This document shows positions 1 to 11,325 of a stretch of DNA of 50,853 nt, in pieces. The DNA comes from Candidatus Methylomirabilota bacterium. Lineage in GTDB: Bacteria; Methylomirabilota; Methylomirabilia; Rokubacteriales; DASRDR01. The stretch spans positions 1-50,853 of the forward strand of contig DASRDR010000130.1 in NCBI GenBank assembly GCA_035652475.1, written 5' to 3'. The stretch's first letter is position 1. Every line of letters starts with the position of its first letter. A model generated the notes under the pieces. The model saw only the letters and a program-made list of their open reading frames with translations, ran no database searches and had not been told where the DNA came from. Both the position numbers and the translations under genes were made by a program.

Positions 1-507
1 GCCGACCCGTTCCCGATCGCGGCGGGCGAGCTCCGGACCGAGTGCTCGTGCCCCGACTGGGCGAACCCGTGCAAGCACGTGGCGGCGGTCCACTACGTGC
101 TCGGCGAGTTCCTCGACCGGGACCCGCTGCTCCTCTTCGAGCTGCGGGGCCGGCCGCGGGCGCGGCTCCTCGCAGATCTCCGGCGCGCCCGGGCCGGCGC
201 CCCCGAGGCGCCGCGCGGGGCCCGGGCGCCCCGCCGCGCGGCGGGCGAGACCGCCGCGCCCGCGCCCGGCGAGGCGACGGCGGAGTCGTGGGCGCCCGAG
301 CGATACGCGACGCCGCGGGGCCGGCTGGACGACCTCCGGTTCCACGTCGCCCCGGCCGCCGGCGAGGGGGCGCTCCTCCGCCGGCTCGGGCCGCCCCCGT
401 CCTGGCACCTCGCCGCGCCGCCGGCCGACTGGCTCCAGCCCGTGGTCGCGCGCGCCGCCGCGCTCGCACTCGAGCTCGCGCTGGGCGGCGCGGACGAGGG
501 CGCCTGA
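1..507 (+). CDS. SWIM zinc-finger domain protein, C-terminal part (5' end lies outside the window)
   Basis: Frame 1 is open from base 1. The translation ...GELRTECSCPDWANPCKHVAAVHYVLGEFLD... shows the CxC-x(n)-CxH SWIM signature. Stop TGA at 505-507. Confidence 0.7.
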   Translation, partial: ADPFPIAAGELRTECSCPDWANPCKHVAAVHYVLGEFLDRDPLLLFELRGRPRARLLADLRRARAGAPEAPRGARAPRRAAGETAAPAPGEATAESWAPERYATPRGRLDDLRFHVAPAAGEGALLRRLGPPPSWHLAAPPADWLQPVVARAAALALELALGGADEGA

Positions 508-686
508 AGGGCCTCGCCGGGAGCCGCGGGGACCGCCGCCGGCTCGCGGCGACTCGCCGCCCCGTCCGCCGGGGCGACGGCACGCGGCGCTGGCGCGGGC
601 CGCCGGAGCCGCCTATACTCGCGGCGTCCGGGCGACGCGATCCGCGGGGCGCCGCGTCGCCGCCACCCTCACCGGAGGAGCACGAG

Positions 687-1475
687 GTGCGCGAGAACAC
701 GGTCAAGTCGATCTGGGCCCGGGGCGGCAGCGTCGTCAACGGCTGGCTCTCGATCCCGAGCGCCTTCTCGGCCGAGGTCATGGCCCACCAGGGGTTCGAC
801 TCGCTCGTCGTCGACATGCAGCACGGGGTCGTCGACTACCAGGCCGCGGTCACGATGCTCCAGGCGATCTCGACCACCGCGGTCATGCCCATGGCCCGCG
901 TCCCCTGGAACGACCCCGCGTTCATCATGAAGATCCTGGACGCCGGGGCGTACGGGGTCATCTGCCCGATGGTCAACAACCGGCGCGAGGCCGAGCAGCT
1001 CGTGCGGACGTGCAAGTACCCCCCGAAGGGCTTCCGGAGCTTCGGGCCCGTCCGGGCGTCGATCTACGCGGGGTCGGACTACGCCACCCACGCGAACGAC
1101 ACGATCGTCGTGATGCCGATGATCGAGACCGCCGAGGCGCTCGCCAACCTGGACGAGATCCTCTCGACGCCGGGCGTCGACGCCATCTACGTCGGGCCGG
1201 CCGACCTGTCGCTGGCGCTCGGCTGCACGCCGAAGCTCGACCAGACCGAGGCGCCCGTGGTCGACGCCCTGGCCAGGATCCTCGCCGCCTGCAAGCGCCA
1301 CGGCGTGGTCGCCGGCATCCACAACGCGACCAGCGCCTACGCCCTCCGGATGGTCGCCCAGGGCTGGCAGTTCGTGACCCTGGCCAGCGACAGCCGCTTC
1401 CTCGCCGCGCGCGCGGCCGAGGAGGCGGCGGCGGTGAAGCAGACCGTCGCCAGCGGGAAGCTGCCGGCGTACTGA
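687..1475 (+). CDS. HpcH/HpaI-family (class II) aldolase
   Basis: GTG start at 687 preceded by GGAGGAG (674-680). The sequence VNGWLSIPSAFSAEVMAHQGFDSLVVDMQHG...VMPMIETAEALANLDEI...IYVGPADLSLALG is typical of 2,4-dihydroxyhept-2-enedioate aldolase-like enzymes. The upstream part of track ORF 42..1475 is Arg/Pro junk. Confidence 0.88.
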   Translation: MRENTVKSIWARGGSVVNGWLSIPSAFSAEVMAHQGFDSLVVDMQHGVVDYQAAVTMLQAISTTAVMPMARVPWNDPAFIMKILDAGAYGVICPMVNNRREAEQLVRTCKYPPKGFRSFGPVRASIYAGSDYATHANDTIVVMPMIETAEALANLDEILSTPGVDAIYVGPADLSLALGCTPKLDQTEAPVVDALARILAACKRHGVVAGIHNATSAYALRMVAQGWQFVTLASDSRFLAARAAEEAAAVKQTVASGKLPAY

Positions 1476-1634
1476 GCGCCGGCCGCCCGAGGGCTGGTCG
1501 GGCCGACCGGGCCCGTGCCCGCCGGTGGCCCGGTCCCGGCGAGGCACGGCGGCCCGCCCTGCGCCGGCCGCGGCCCCCTCCCGTGCGCGCCGCCCGGTGT
1601 CCCTGGCGCCCGCGACCGGCTCCGCGACCGGCCG

Positions 1635-1664
1635 TTGACCGCGGGCGGCGCGGCTGCCTAAGAT
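1635..1664 (+). promoter_or_regulatory. sigma70-like promoter candidate, TTGACC-N18-TAAGAT, upstream of the formate dehydrogenase genes
   Basis: TTGACC at 1635-1640, an 18-nt spacer, TAAGAT at 1659-1664. It lies in the intergenic region about 110 nt upstream of the ATG at 1776. Confidence 0.4.
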
Positions 1665-1775
1665 GACCTCCGCGGGCCATGCCGCCCCGGCGCGGCGGCC
1701 GCGCACCGTGCCCCCGGAGACGATCGCCTCGACCCGCAGCTTCCGCCCGCGCCGCCCCGACCGGGCTCGCGGCCG

Positions 1776-4139
1776 ATGACCTCTCGCCCGCTCGAGGAGC
1801 TTCTCGCCCCCTTCCCGCCCGAGCGGACGTGGCTCCTCCCGGCGCTCCAGGCCGTGCAGGCCGACCGGCGGTGGCTCTCGCTCGACGACCTGGCCGCGAT
1901 CGGCAGGCACCTCCACGTCCCGGCCAGCGAGGTCTTCGGGGTCGCCACGCACTACCCGGAGCTCAGGCTGACCGCCCCCGGCCGGCACGTGGTCCGCGTG
2001 TGCACCGGGCTCTCGTGCCGCGTGAACGGTGGGCCCGCGCTCCTCCGCGACCTGGCCGGCCGGCTCGGGGTCGCGCCCGGCGGGACCACGGCGGACGGCG
2101 CCGTCACGCTGGAGGAGGCCGACTGCTGCTTCGTCTGCAGCGTCGCGCCCGTGGTGGAGGTCGATCACCGCCACCTCGCCGGACCGAACGCGGACGCGGT
2201 CCTCGCCGCCTGCCGGGACGGCGCGCCGCACGCCGGGCCGCGGCTCCCCGCCGGGATGGCGACGAGCGGCCCGCTCGCCGTGGTCGACCGCGGCGCCGCC
2301 GGCGAGGCCGCGCGCCCGGTCTCCGCCCCCGCAGCGCCCGCGACCTCCGGGACCCCGCATCCGGGGGCGGCGAGCCCCATCGTGCACGCGGCACCGGCCA
2401 GTCCCGGGGCCGCGCCCGGCGAGCCGGAGCGCGCCGGGCGGATCGGCGCCGCCCGCGGTCCGGGCGGCGCGCGCGCCCGTCTCGAGGCGCTGCGCGAGCG
2501 CGCCCGCGGCCGCGTCCCGACCGGCACGCGGCTCCTGGTCGCGACCGGCTCCTGCGGCCTCGCGCGCGGGGCGGCGCGCACCCGCGACGCGCTCCGCGCC
2601 GCGATCGCGCGTGCCGGCCTGGACGTGGTCGTCGACGACGGCGCGTGCAACGGTCTCTGTCACGCCCAGCCGGTCGTCGAGGTCCTGACGCCGGGGGTGC
2701 CGCGGCTCACGCTCGAGCGCGTCACGCCGGCCGCGGCGCGGGCCGTGCTCGATCTCCTCGCCGGCCGTCCCGCGCCCGGGCTGACGGCGACGGCCTGGCC
2801 GGCCGCCCGCCACCCGGTCCTGGGGGGCGAGACCCGGATGCTGGCCGAGCGCTGGGGCGCGATCCGCCCGGCATCCCTGGATGACGCGCTCCTGGCCGGG
2901 AGCTACGCCGCGCTCGCGGCGGCGCTCGATGCCGGCGACCCGGCGGCGGTCGCCGCCACGGTGAAGGCAGCGGGGCTCCTGGGGCGCGGGGGCGCGTACT
3001 TCCCGGCGGCGGTCAAGTGGGAGGGCTGCCGGGCCGCGCACGGGGCGCCCAAGTACCTGGTCGCCAACGGCGAGGAGGGCGAGCCCGGGATCTTCAAGGA
3101 CCGCCACCTGATGGAGGCCGACCCCCACCGGCTGCTGGAAGGCATGCTCCTCGCCGGATACGCCGCGGGGGCGAGCCGCGGGATCCTCTACGTCCACGGC
3201 GAGGCGGGCCTCTCCGCCGAGCGCTGTGCCGCGGCGATCCGCGAGGCCGCGGCCGCCGGGCTCCTGGGGCCGCGCGTCCTCGGGACCGGCTTCGCGTTCG
3301 AGGTGGAGCTCCGGCGCGGGGCGGGCGGCTTCATCCTGGGCGAGGAGACCGCGCTCCTCGAGTCGCTCGAGGGCGCGCGCGCGATGCCGCGCCCGAAGCC
3401 CCCGTTCCCGGTCGAGGCCGGCGTCCACGGCCGGCCGACGGTCATCAACAACGTCGAGACCCTCTCGGCCGTCCCGCTGATCCTGGGCGGCCGCCCCGAG
3501 GCCGCGCGGACCAAGCTCTTCGGCCTGTCGGGACACGTCGTCCGCCCCGGCGTGGTCGAGGTGGCGCCGCCGGTCACGCTCCGGCGACTGGTCGCGACCC
3601 TCGGCGGCGGCGTCGCGACCGGCCGGCCGCTCGGGGCGGTGGTCGTCGGCGGCCCGTCGGGGATCGTCGTGCCGCCGGGGCTCCTGGACCGGCCGCTCGA
3701 GCGACCGGCGCTCTCGCCGGGGACCGGCGGCATCGTGGCGCTCGACGACTCCGTCCGGCTGGCGGAGGTCTTGCGGACCCTCCTCGGGTTCAACGCGCGC
3801 GAGTCCTGCGGCAAGTGCACCCCGTGCCGCGAGGGGACGGTCCGCCTGCTGGAGCTGCTCGACCGCTTGACGGCCGGAGACGGCGACGGCCGCCCGCCCG
3901 CGGGCGGCGCTCCCGGGGCGGCTCATCCGGGGCCGCGCGCCACCGGCGATCCGGCGCCAGCCCCGCGGCCCCGTCCGGGCGGCGATCCGGTCGCCCGGAC
4001 GAGCGGGGACCTGGCGCAGCTCCGGGAGCTCGCGGACGTGGTCCAGCTCGCCTCGCTCTGCGGCCTCGGCCAGGCCGCGCCGCTCGCGCTCAAGTCGGCG
4101 CTCGAGCACTTCCCGGGAGTCCTCGCCCCCACCGCGTGA
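1776..4139 (+). CDS. Fused NuoE-like (2Fe-2S) / thioredoxin-like / NuoF-like (FMN, NAD, 4Fe-4S) diaphorase subunit of NAD-dependent formate dehydrogenase
   Basis: The N-terminus VCTGLSCRVNGG...EEADCCFVCSVAPVV is a NuoE/FdsG-type 2Fe-2S motif. The C-terminal half has GRGGAYFPAAVKWE, YLVANGEEGEPGIFKDRHLME and ESCGKCTPCREG...SLCGLG (NuoF/FdsB). It lies directly upstream of the FDH catalytic subunit. Confidence 0.9.
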   Translation: MTSRPLEELLAPFPPERTWLLPALQAVQADRRWLSLDDLAAIGRHLHVPASEVFGVATHYPELRLTAPGRHVVRVCTGLSCRVNGGPALLRDLAGRLGVAPGGTTADGAVTLEEADCCFVCSVAPVVEVDHRHLAGPNADAVLAACRDGAPHAGPRLPAGMATSGPLAVVDRGAAGEAARPVSAPAAPATSGTPHPGAASPIVHAAPASPGAAPGEPERAGRIGAARGPGGARARLEALRERARGRVPTGTRLLVATGSCGLARGAARTRDALRAAIARAGLDVVVDDGACNGLCHAQPVVEVLTPGVPRLTLERVTPAAARAVLDLLAGRPAPGLTATAWPAARHPVLGGETRMLAERWGAIRPASLDDALLAGSYAALAAALDAGDPAAVAATVKAAGLLGRGGAYFPAAVKWEGCRAAHGAPKYLVANGEEGEPGIFKDRHLMEADPHRLLEGMLLAGYAAGASRGILYVHGEAGLSAERCAAAIREAAAAGLLGPRVLGTGFAFEVELRRGAGGFILGEETALLESLEGARAMPRPKPPFPVEAGVHGRPTVINNVETLSAVPLILGGRPEAARTKLFGLSGHVVRPGVVEVAPPVTLRRLVATLGGGVATGRPLGAVVVGGPSGIVVPPGLLDRPLERPALSPGTGGIVALDDSVRLAEVLRTLLGFNARESCGKCTPCREGTVRLLELLDRLTAGDGDGRPPAGGAPGAAHPGPRATGDPAPAPRPRPGGDPVARTSGDLAQLRELADVVQLASLCGLGQAAPLALKSALEHFPGVLAPTA

Positions 4140-4284
4140 TGCGCGGCCCACGGCGACGCACGGGCGCGGCGGGCCTCCGCGGACGACGAGGACCCGGCCG
4201 GCATCGATCGGGAGGCGTGCGCACGCCCCGTGTAGCGGCCCCCGGCCCCCCGGGCGCCCCGCGGGCGCGGAGTAGAATGGGCTC

Positions 4285-7017
4285 GTGCAGCTGACGATCG
4301 ACGGCCACGCGGTCGAGGTCCCGGACGGCGCGTCCGTCCTCGACGCGGTGAACCGCGCCGGCATCGCCCTCCCCCAGCTCTGCAAGGACCCCGACCGCCG
4401 GCCGCTCGGCGCCTGCCGCACGTGCCTCGTGCAGGTCGAGGGCCAGCGCGGGTTCCCGGCCTCCTGCCACCTCCCCGCACGCGCCGGGATGGTCGTCCGC
4501 ACCGACGCCCCCGACGTGGTCCGCGTCCGCCGCGCGGTCCTCGATCTCACGCGCGGGATGCTCACGCCCGGCCACGGGCGCGACGGCTTCGGCCAGCTCG
4601 GCGAGGCATGCCGCCGCCACGGGCTCGACCGCCCGTCCTGGACGCCGCTCCACCGGCACGCGATCGACGAGTCGAAGTCGTTCTTCGTGCTCGACCGCGA
4701 GGCGTGCATCCTCTGCGGCCGCTGCACGACGGCGTGCGGCGACGTCCAGCGGATCGGCGCGATCGCGCTCCTGGGCCGCGGCCATGCCGAGCGCGTCGGC
4801 GTCTTCGCCGACGGCCCGATGGCGAGCTCGATCTGCACCTCCTGCGGCCAGTGCGTGGCCACGTGCCCGACCGGGGCGCTCCGCCCGAAGGAGGCGCCGG
4901 CCCCGGTCGCCCGCCGGGTCGAGACCACCTGCCCGTACTGCGGGGTCGGGTGCGGGATCGTGAGCGCCGTGCGGGCGGACGGCCGGCTGGCCGTGATGGC
5001 CGACGACGTCCCCGCGAACCGCTCGAGCGAGGGCATGCTCTGCGTCAAGGGCCGCTTCGGCACCGGGTTCGTCCACGCGCGGGACCGGGTCGTCCGGCCG
5101 ATGCTCCGCCGGGACGGCCGTCTCACGCCGGTGTCGTGGGACGAGGCGCTGGACGCCGCGGCGGACGGGCTGGCCCGCCACCGCGGCCGGTTCGGCGCGC
5201 TCGCCTCCGCGAAGGCGACCAACGAGGACGGCTACCTCGTCCAGAAGCTCTGCCGGGTGGCGATGGGAACGAACAACGTCGACCACTGCACCCGGCTCTG
5301 CCACTCGCCGTCGGTGGAGGCGATGCTCGTCGCGATGGGCTCGGGGGCGACCTCCAACTCGTACGTCGACTACGAGGAGGCGGGCTGCCTGTTCGTGGTG
5401 GGCTCGGACGCGAGCGCGAACCACCCGGTGATCGCGGTCCGCTTCCGCCGGGCCCACGCCCGCGGCGCCCGCATCGTGGTGGTGAACCCGAAGCGGATCG
5501 AGCTCTGCGACTACGCCCACGCCTGGCTCCGCCAGCGGCCGGGGACCGACGTGGCGCTCTTCAACGCGATGGCCCGCGTCCTCCTGGTCGAGGGGCTCTG
5601 GGACGAGGCGTTCGTCCGGGCGCGCACCGAGGGGTTCGAGGCCTGGCGCGCGGCGGTCGAGCCCTGGAACCCCGAGCGCGCCGAGCGGGTCACCGGCGTG
5701 CCGGCCCGCGACATCGTCCAGGCCGCGCGCTGGTACGGGCGGCCGCCGTTCGGGGGCTCGTGCCTGGTCTGGGGCATGGGCGTGACCCAGCACGTCAACG
5801 GCACCGCGAACGCCCACGCGCTCCTGAACCTGGCCCTGGTCGCCGGCCAGCTCGGCCGCCCGGCGAGCGGGATCTCGCCGCTCCGCGGCCAGAACAACGT
5901 CCAGGGTTGCGGGGACGCCGGCTGCATCCCGACCAACCTGCCCGGGTACCAGGGCTACGACGCCGCCACCCTCGACCGCTACGCGCGCGCCTGGCACGGC
6001 GTCCGCCCGCCGGCCGAGCCCGGCCTGGTCGTCACGGAGATGGTGGAGGGGTGCCTGGATGGCCGCATCCGGGCGATGTACGTCGTCGGCGAGAACCCGC
6101 TCCTCTCCGAGCCGGACCTCAACCACGCGCGGAAGGCGCTCGGCCAGCTCGACTTCCTGGTGGTCCAGGACCTCTTCCTCCACGAGACGGCGGAGCTCGC
6201 CCACGTGTTCCTCCCGGCGGCGGCGTTCGCGGAGAAGGAGGGCACGTTCACCAACTCCGAGCGGCGCGTCCAGCGAGTGCGGCGGGTGCTCGATCCCCCC
6301 GGGGAGGCGCGCCCGGACTGGTGGATCACGGCGGAGCTGGGACGCCGGATCGTCGCGCGGGTCGGCGGGCCGCCCCAGGCGTTCGCGTACGACTCGGCGG
6401 CGGCCGTGTGGGACGAGATGGTCGGCCTCGTGCCGTTCCTGGCCGGGATCTCCCACGCGCGGCTCGACCGCGAGGGCGGGCTCCAGTGGCCCTGCCCCAC
6501 CCCGGACCATCCGGGGACGCGGTTCCTCTACGCCGAGAGCTTCCCGCGCGGGAAGGGCCGCTTCGTCCCGGTGACCCAGGGCGAGCCGGCCGCCGAGCTG
6601 CCCGACTCCGACTACCCGTTCGTCCTCAACACCGGGCGGCTCCTCTATCACTGGCACGGCGGCACCATCACCCGCCGCGTCGACGGCCTGCTGGCGCTCG
6701 AGCCGCGCCTCCGGGTCGCGGTGAACCCCGCCGACGCGCGCCGGCTCGGGCTCGGCGACGGGGCGCCGCTCCGGCTGGTCTCGCGGCGCGGCGAGCTCGA
6801 GGGCGCCGCCCGCCTGACCGAGGACGTCCGGCCGGGGGAGGTGTTCGTGCCGTTCGTCCGGCTCGCCGAGTCGGCGGCCAACTTCCTCACGAACTCGGCG
6901 TGCGACCCGTCCTCGAAGATCCCCGAGTACAAGGTCTGCGCCGTGCGCGTCGAGCCGCTCGGCGCGTCGAGCGCAGCGGGCCCGGCCGCCCCCGCCGGCC
7001 GGGCCGCCGGCGCCTGA
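4285..7017 (+). CDS. fdhA: Formate dehydrogenase catalytic (alpha) subunit, molybdopterin oxidoreductase, Cys-type
   Basis: N-terminal 2Fe-2S and 4Fe-4S ferredoxin motifs (CRTCLVQVEG, CILCGRCTTAC, CTSCGQCVATCP, TTCPYCGVGCG), followed by the MopB domain NVDHCTRLCHSPSVEAM. The codon at the E. coli FdhF Sec position is Cys (TGC 5299-5301). GTG start. Confidence 0.93.
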   Translation: MQLTIDGHAVEVPDGASVLDAVNRAGIALPQLCKDPDRRPLGACRTCLVQVEGQRGFPASCHLPARAGMVVRTDAPDVVRVRRAVLDLTRGMLTPGHGRDGFGQLGEACRRHGLDRPSWTPLHRHAIDESKSFFVLDREACILCGRCTTACGDVQRIGAIALLGRGHAERVGVFADGPMASSICTSCGQCVATCPTGALRPKEAPAPVARRVETTCPYCGVGCGIVSAVRADGRLAVMADDVPANRSSEGMLCVKGRFGTGFVHARDRVVRPMLRRDGRLTPVSWDEALDAAADGLARHRGRFGALASAKATNEDGYLVQKLCRVAMGTNNVDHCTRLCHSPSVEAMLVAMGSGATSNSYVDYEEAGCLFVVGSDASANHPVIAVRFRRAHARGARIVVVNPKRIELCDYAHAWLRQRPGTDVALFNAMARVLLVEGLWDEAFVRARTEGFEAWRAAVEPWNPERAERVTGVPARDIVQAARWYGRPPFGGSCLVWGMGVTQHVNGTANAHALLNLALVAGQLGRPASGISPLRGQNNVQGCGDAGCIPTNLPGYQGYDAATLDRYARAWHGVRPPAEPGLVVTEMVEGCLDGRIRAMYVVGENPLLSEPDLNHARKALGQLDFLVVQDLFLHETAELAHVFLPAAAFAEKEGTFTNSERRVQRVRRVLDPPGEARPDWWITAELGRRIVARVGGPPQAFAYDSAAAVWDEMVGLVPFLAGISHARLDREGGLQWPCPTPDHPGTRFLYAESFPRGKGRFVPVTQGEPAAELPDSDYPFVLNTGRLLYHWHGGTITRRVDGLLALEPRLRVAVNPADARRLGLGDGAPLRLVSRRGELEGAARLTEDVRPGEVFVPFVRLAESAANFLTNSACDPSSKIPEYKVCAVRVEPLGASSAAGPAAPAGRAAGA

Positions 7018-7429
7018 GCGCCGCGCGCCCGCCGGACCCGGCCGGCCGACCGGCGTCCCCCGGCGCGCGCGCGCCCGACCCCCGCGCCGCCGCCGCCCGC
7101 CTCCCCGCCCCGCGTCAGCCGGGCGGACCCCCTGGCGCTCACCCCGCGCGCCCGCGCCCGACCCCGGGCCCGCCGGCGCCCGACCCCGCGCCCGGCGGCC
7201 GTGGCCTCGCCGCGTCCGAGCGCCGCACCCGCCAGGGGACGGCGGCTCCCGCACTTCGGCGCGGCGCCGGCCCCCGCGCGGCGGCCATCGCGGCATGGCG
7301 CGCCTGGGTCGCTCCGGCGGGCAGCGTCGAGCTCCTCCCTGCCGCTTTCCTGGGCACGTGCCCACCGGCTGAGCACGCGCCCGTCCGCGCCGGCCGGCCG
7401 CGGCCGCGAATCCCGCGGCGACGCGCTGA

Positions 7430-7846
<417 letters not shown>

Positions 7847-7882
7847 GACCGGCCGGCGCCCGGCCCGAAAGGAGAGTTCCCC

Positions 7883-9373
<1,491 letters not shown>

Positions 9374-9620
9374 CCGCGCCCGGTCCGGCCGCCGCGCGAG
9401 ACGCCGCCCGGGGCGCGCTGGCGGCGAGCGGGAGAGCCCGGCGGCGCGCCGGCGCGAGGCGGCCGAGCGTCGCCGCGTCCGGGGCGCGCCGGCGGTGCTC
9501 GCGGGCCCGCGAGCGCCGCGCCAGCGCGAGGCGCCCGCCCTCCGGGCGCGCCGCCGCCCCGCGGCAATGCGGCACCCGGTGCGGCAAGCGGGGCTCGGGC
9601 GTCGGCCCCGCGCGACCCGG

Positions 9621-10466
9621 TCAGCCGGGCGGGTCGGAGGTCCTCGCGAGCCAGGCCAGGAGGCAGTCGGCCAGTGCGACCGGCGCGTCGAGCGTCACGT
9701 GGTGGTGCGCCCCGCGGAGCTCGACGAGGGTCGCCCGGGGGATCGCTTTCACCATCCGGCGCGCGACCTCGCGAGAGAGGATCGTGCTGTGCTCGCCGCG
9801 CACGACCAGCGTGGGCACGCGGATCCGCGGCAGGAGCGCCCAGGCGTCGATCGGGACCCGCCGCCGCTCGCACTCCGGGTCGAACCGGTAGCGCCAGCCC
9901 CCGGAGGCGAGCCGGACGAGCCCTCGCCGGCCGATCTCCCGGATCCGGGCCGGTGGGGCCGTGGTCTCGCCGGGGCGAAGGCGGAAGCGGGCGAGCGCGG
10001 CGGCGAGCGTGGGGAACTCGGTCGGCGCTCGCGCGGGCCGCCGCCGGAGCGCCCGGAGCCGCTCGCGGTTCACGTGCGGGCGGGCATCCAGCACGACCAG
10101 CCGCGAGAGCTGCGCCGGGTGCCACGCCGCGAAGGCGAGCGCGGCGTGCCCGCCCATGGAGTGGCCGGCGACGATCGGGGCGACGAGCCCGAGGCGCTCG
10201 ATCACACCGACCAGGTCGGCCGCGAAGTCCTGCGAGCGGTAGGCGGGCGGGCGCGGCCACGCGCTCCGGCCGTGACCCCGCCAGTCGAGGGCGAGCACGC
10301 GGAGCCGGGGCGCCAGCAGCGGGGCGACCGGATCCCACCAGTGAGCGTGGGCGGCGGCGCCGTGGAGCGCGAGGAACGGCGCACCCGGCCCGCCCCAGTC
10401 CCGGTAGCGGAGCCGCAGGCCTCCCACCGTGACGAAGCGGTCGCGGGGCGCGGGGGCGGGCAGCAT
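9621..10466 (-). CDS. alpha/beta-fold hydrolase
   Basis: LALHGAAAHAHWW...LDWRGHGRS...VAGHSMGG (nucleophile elbow)...HHHVTLDAP. A CATAAT -10-like hexamer lies 8 nt upstream of the ATG. Confidence 0.85.
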   Translation of the reverse strand: MLPAPAPRDRFVTVGGLRLRYRDWGGPGAPFLALHGAAAHAHWWDPVAPLLAPRLRVLALDWRGHGRSAWPRPPAYRSQDFAADLVGVIERLGLVAPIVAGHSMGGHAALAFAAWHPAQLSRLVVLDARPHVNRERLRALRRRPARAPTEFPTLAAALARFRLRPGETTAPPARIREIGRRGLVRLASGGWRYRFDPECERRRVPIDAWALLPRIRVPTLVVRGEHSTILSREVARRMVKAIPRATLVELRGAHHHVTLDAPVALADCLLAWLARTSDPPG

Positions 10467-10539
10467 CGACGGCGATTATGCCGCGACGGCCGCCGGCGCG
10501 CCCCGGGCCCGGGCCTCGTCCCGAGGCCGCTCAGCCGCA

Positions 10540-10872
10540 TCAGCCGTGGCCCGCGCCGCACGCCGGGCACACGGGCGGCGACGGGACCGGGGTGACGAGC
10601 CCGCAGAGCGGGCACGCCGCGACCTCCCGGACGACGGCGCCCGCGGCCAGGCGCGGCGCGGCCGCCTCGCGCCCCGATGCGCCGCCCGGCCCTCCCGCGA
10701 TCCCGGCAGGGGCCGCCGCTCCGGGCCGCGCCGCCGAGCCGGCGCCCCCGCCATCTCGGCCGCCCGCCGTCGCGGCGATCGCCGGTCGACCCGCGCCCTC
10801 CTCGCCGGCAACGGGCTCCGGGACCGGAACGACGGCCGCGCCGCCCCGCGCGTCCGCGCCCGGGGAGGCCAT
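10540..10872 (-). CDS. Hypothetical low-complexity protein ending in a CxxC-x(n)-CxxC zinc-ribbon-like motif
   Basis: The ATG is 3 nt after the stop of the upstream 97-aa gene. The C-terminus is ...VAACPLCGLVTPVPSPPVCPACGAGHG. The rest is Gly/Ala/Pro-rich, so the coding status is uncertain. Confidence 0.35.
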   Translation of the reverse strand: MASPGADARGGAAVVPVPEPVAGEEGAGRPAIAATAGGRDGGGAGSAARPGAAAPAGIAGGPGGASGREAAAPRLAAGAVVREVAACPLCGLVTPVPSPPVCPACGAGHG

Positions 10873-10875
10873 GGG

Positions 10876-11169
10876 CTACGCGACCTCGTCGAGCACCGCC
10901 TCGGGCTCGGCGGCCGCCTCGTGGACGCGCATCCAGAGGCGGTAGAGCTCGCCCACCGCGTCCCGCCACCGCTGGAGGATCCCGTCGGCATCCCGGAGCT
11001 GACCGTAGAGGACGCCGACCTCCCGCTCGGCGCGCTCCAGCGCGGCCCACCAGGCCGCATCGAGCGCGGCCAGCCGGTCGGCGCTCCCGGGCCGGTAGTC
11101 CCGCCCGACCGCGGTGACGAGCGCGTCCAGGTCCGCCCGTGCCATCGTCTCGAGCAACCCCGTCGTCAT
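10876..11169 (-). CDS. Hypothetical helical protein (97 aa), no family recognised
   Basis: SD GAGGAGGG lies 7 nt upstream of the ATG. Third-position GC is near 100 % and the composition is balanced (LDALVTAVGRDYRPGS...LYGQLRDADGILQRWRDAVGELYRLWMRVHE). Confidence 0.55.
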   Translation of the reverse strand: MTTGLLETMARADLDALVTAVGRDYRPGSADRLAALDAAWWAALERAEREVGVLYGQLRDADGILQRWRDAVGELYRLWMRVHEAAAEPEAVLDEVA

Positions 11170-11325
11170 CGCCCCGCCCTCCTCTCGCGAATTCGAGGGT
11201 CAACGTAACAGGTGTTTAGTATCCCTCGCAACCGCAAGATGTGGGGCTCCCCGGGCTGGAGACCCCGACCACGTGCGGGAGGCGGGCGGCTGGGCCCGGT
11301 GCGCTGCCGTCGTACCCTGGAGCCC

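Noticed and set aside
42-686. Upstream 215 codons of track ORF 42..1475, and the analogous long N-terminal extensions of ORFs 13005, 14931, 24421, 26196, 38302, 42426, 46054 and 47980.
   Set aside because: The extensions overlap other real genes or are Arg/Pro-rich. Family-typical N-termini begin at internal ATG/GTG codons with SD or -10 signals.
669-5222. Very long minus-strand ORF (1517 aa). Similar giants occur at 4090..7533(-), 12462..15551(-), 28787..32278(-), 34612..37044(-), 38233..41253(-, upstream two thirds), 43788..46181(-) and many plus-strand ones.
   Set aside because: They are Arg/Pro/Gly/Ala-rich with no recognisable motifs, and they run antisense or out of frame to genes with clear family signatures. 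Stop codons are rare in DNA with more than 70 % GC, so such ORFs are expected by chance.
5299-5301. Looked for a Sec (TGA) codon in the formate dehydrogenase alpha subunit.
   Set aside because: The ORF is uninterrupted. The position equivalent to E. coli FdhF Sec140 (RL-C-HSPSV) is a TGC Cys codon.
7018-7200. Three copies of GCGCCCGACCCC(G) in the spacer after fdhA.
   Set aside because: This is short, low-complexity G/C sequence, compatible with chance or compositional bias.
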